From Verrucomicrobiia bacterium (GTDB lineage: Bacteria > Verrucomicrobiota > Verrucomicrobiia > Limisphaerales > DASXHY01): 64,000 bases of DNA. Of this stretch, positions 63,884-64,000 are shown one piece after another. Every line of letters starts with the position of its first letter. The stretch's first letter is position 1. The DNA lies in contig DASZLX010000035.1 in assembly GCA_035552155.1 (NCBI GenBank), positions 1,381 to 65,380 of the forward strand. Direction: 5' to 3'. The notes beneath the pieces were generated by a model. The model was not told where the DNA came from. It saw only the letters and a program-made list of their open reading frames with translations, and searched no databases. Made by a program: the position numbers and the translations under genes.

Positions 63884-64000
63884 AATCAAGGTTGGAAGAC
63901 CGCCGAAAACCACCGGTTTTCAAAGGCCTTTTCGCATTTTTGCGAGGCGACAAACTGCTTCTTTTTGTACCCCGTTGCAAGCCGAAAAACGTCGCGAACG

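Overview
This is a 64-kb chromosomal segment that looks moderately GC-rich by eye. I call about 50 protein-coding genes and two tRNA-Val genes. Several signature domains point to a Verrucomicrobiota/PVC-type bacterium by inference only: an H-X9-DG prepilin-like protein, a PEP-CTERM protein, a Pirellula/Verrucomicrobium-type CxxCH domain, NGG-rich beta-strand-repeat secreted proteins and a WXXGXW lipoprotein.

Content falls into these blocks:
- A cytochrome c gene translationally coupled to a PQQ dehydrogenase.
- A secreted glycoside-hydrolase and pseudopilin cluster, followed by a GH63-like glucosidase.
- An organophosphate MFS antiporter, ruvB, a membrane pyrophosphatase (hppA) and a PtsN-like IIA protein.
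- A Sel1-repeat protein, a response-regulator/MBL fusion and an esterase.
- A galactoside locus: GH2 lacZ, a Na+/solute symporter, a small membrane protein and galM.
- An APC permease, an OlsB/OlsA-like aminolipid pair and a PAP2 phosphatase.
- A PEP-CTERM protein with a TPR-sulfotransferase, and hsp20.
- An mdtABC-type RND efflux operon with a NodT-family outer membrane factor.
- kdsB-pyrG-folC-HAD, and sdhCAB.

I saw no transposase, integrase, phage gene or CRISPR array.

The most unusual locus is the overlapping gene pair at 10472-13614. The first product ends in two helices with ExbB/TolQ/MotA-like channel motifs. The second starts with an ExbD/TolR-like Asp-containing transmembrane helix, continues as a roughly 180-residue coiled coil, and ends in a domain with trypsin-like H and S motifs. 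I read this as a candidate uncharacterised ion-driven trans-envelope motor. That reading rests on motif recognition from memory, not on a database search.

Other points worth a second look:
- A possible lanthanide-type D-x-D signature in the PQQ dehydrogenase, with a His/Lys-rich secreted mini-protein just upstream.
- Several families of short GC-rich hairpin repeats that share a GGAGCGC prefix.
- Three long palindromic intergenic elements of 140-180 nt.
- A GTTAAA/TTTAAC motif array in front of pyrG.
- A nucleotidyltransferase-like gene plus a small ORF wedged between pyrG and folC.
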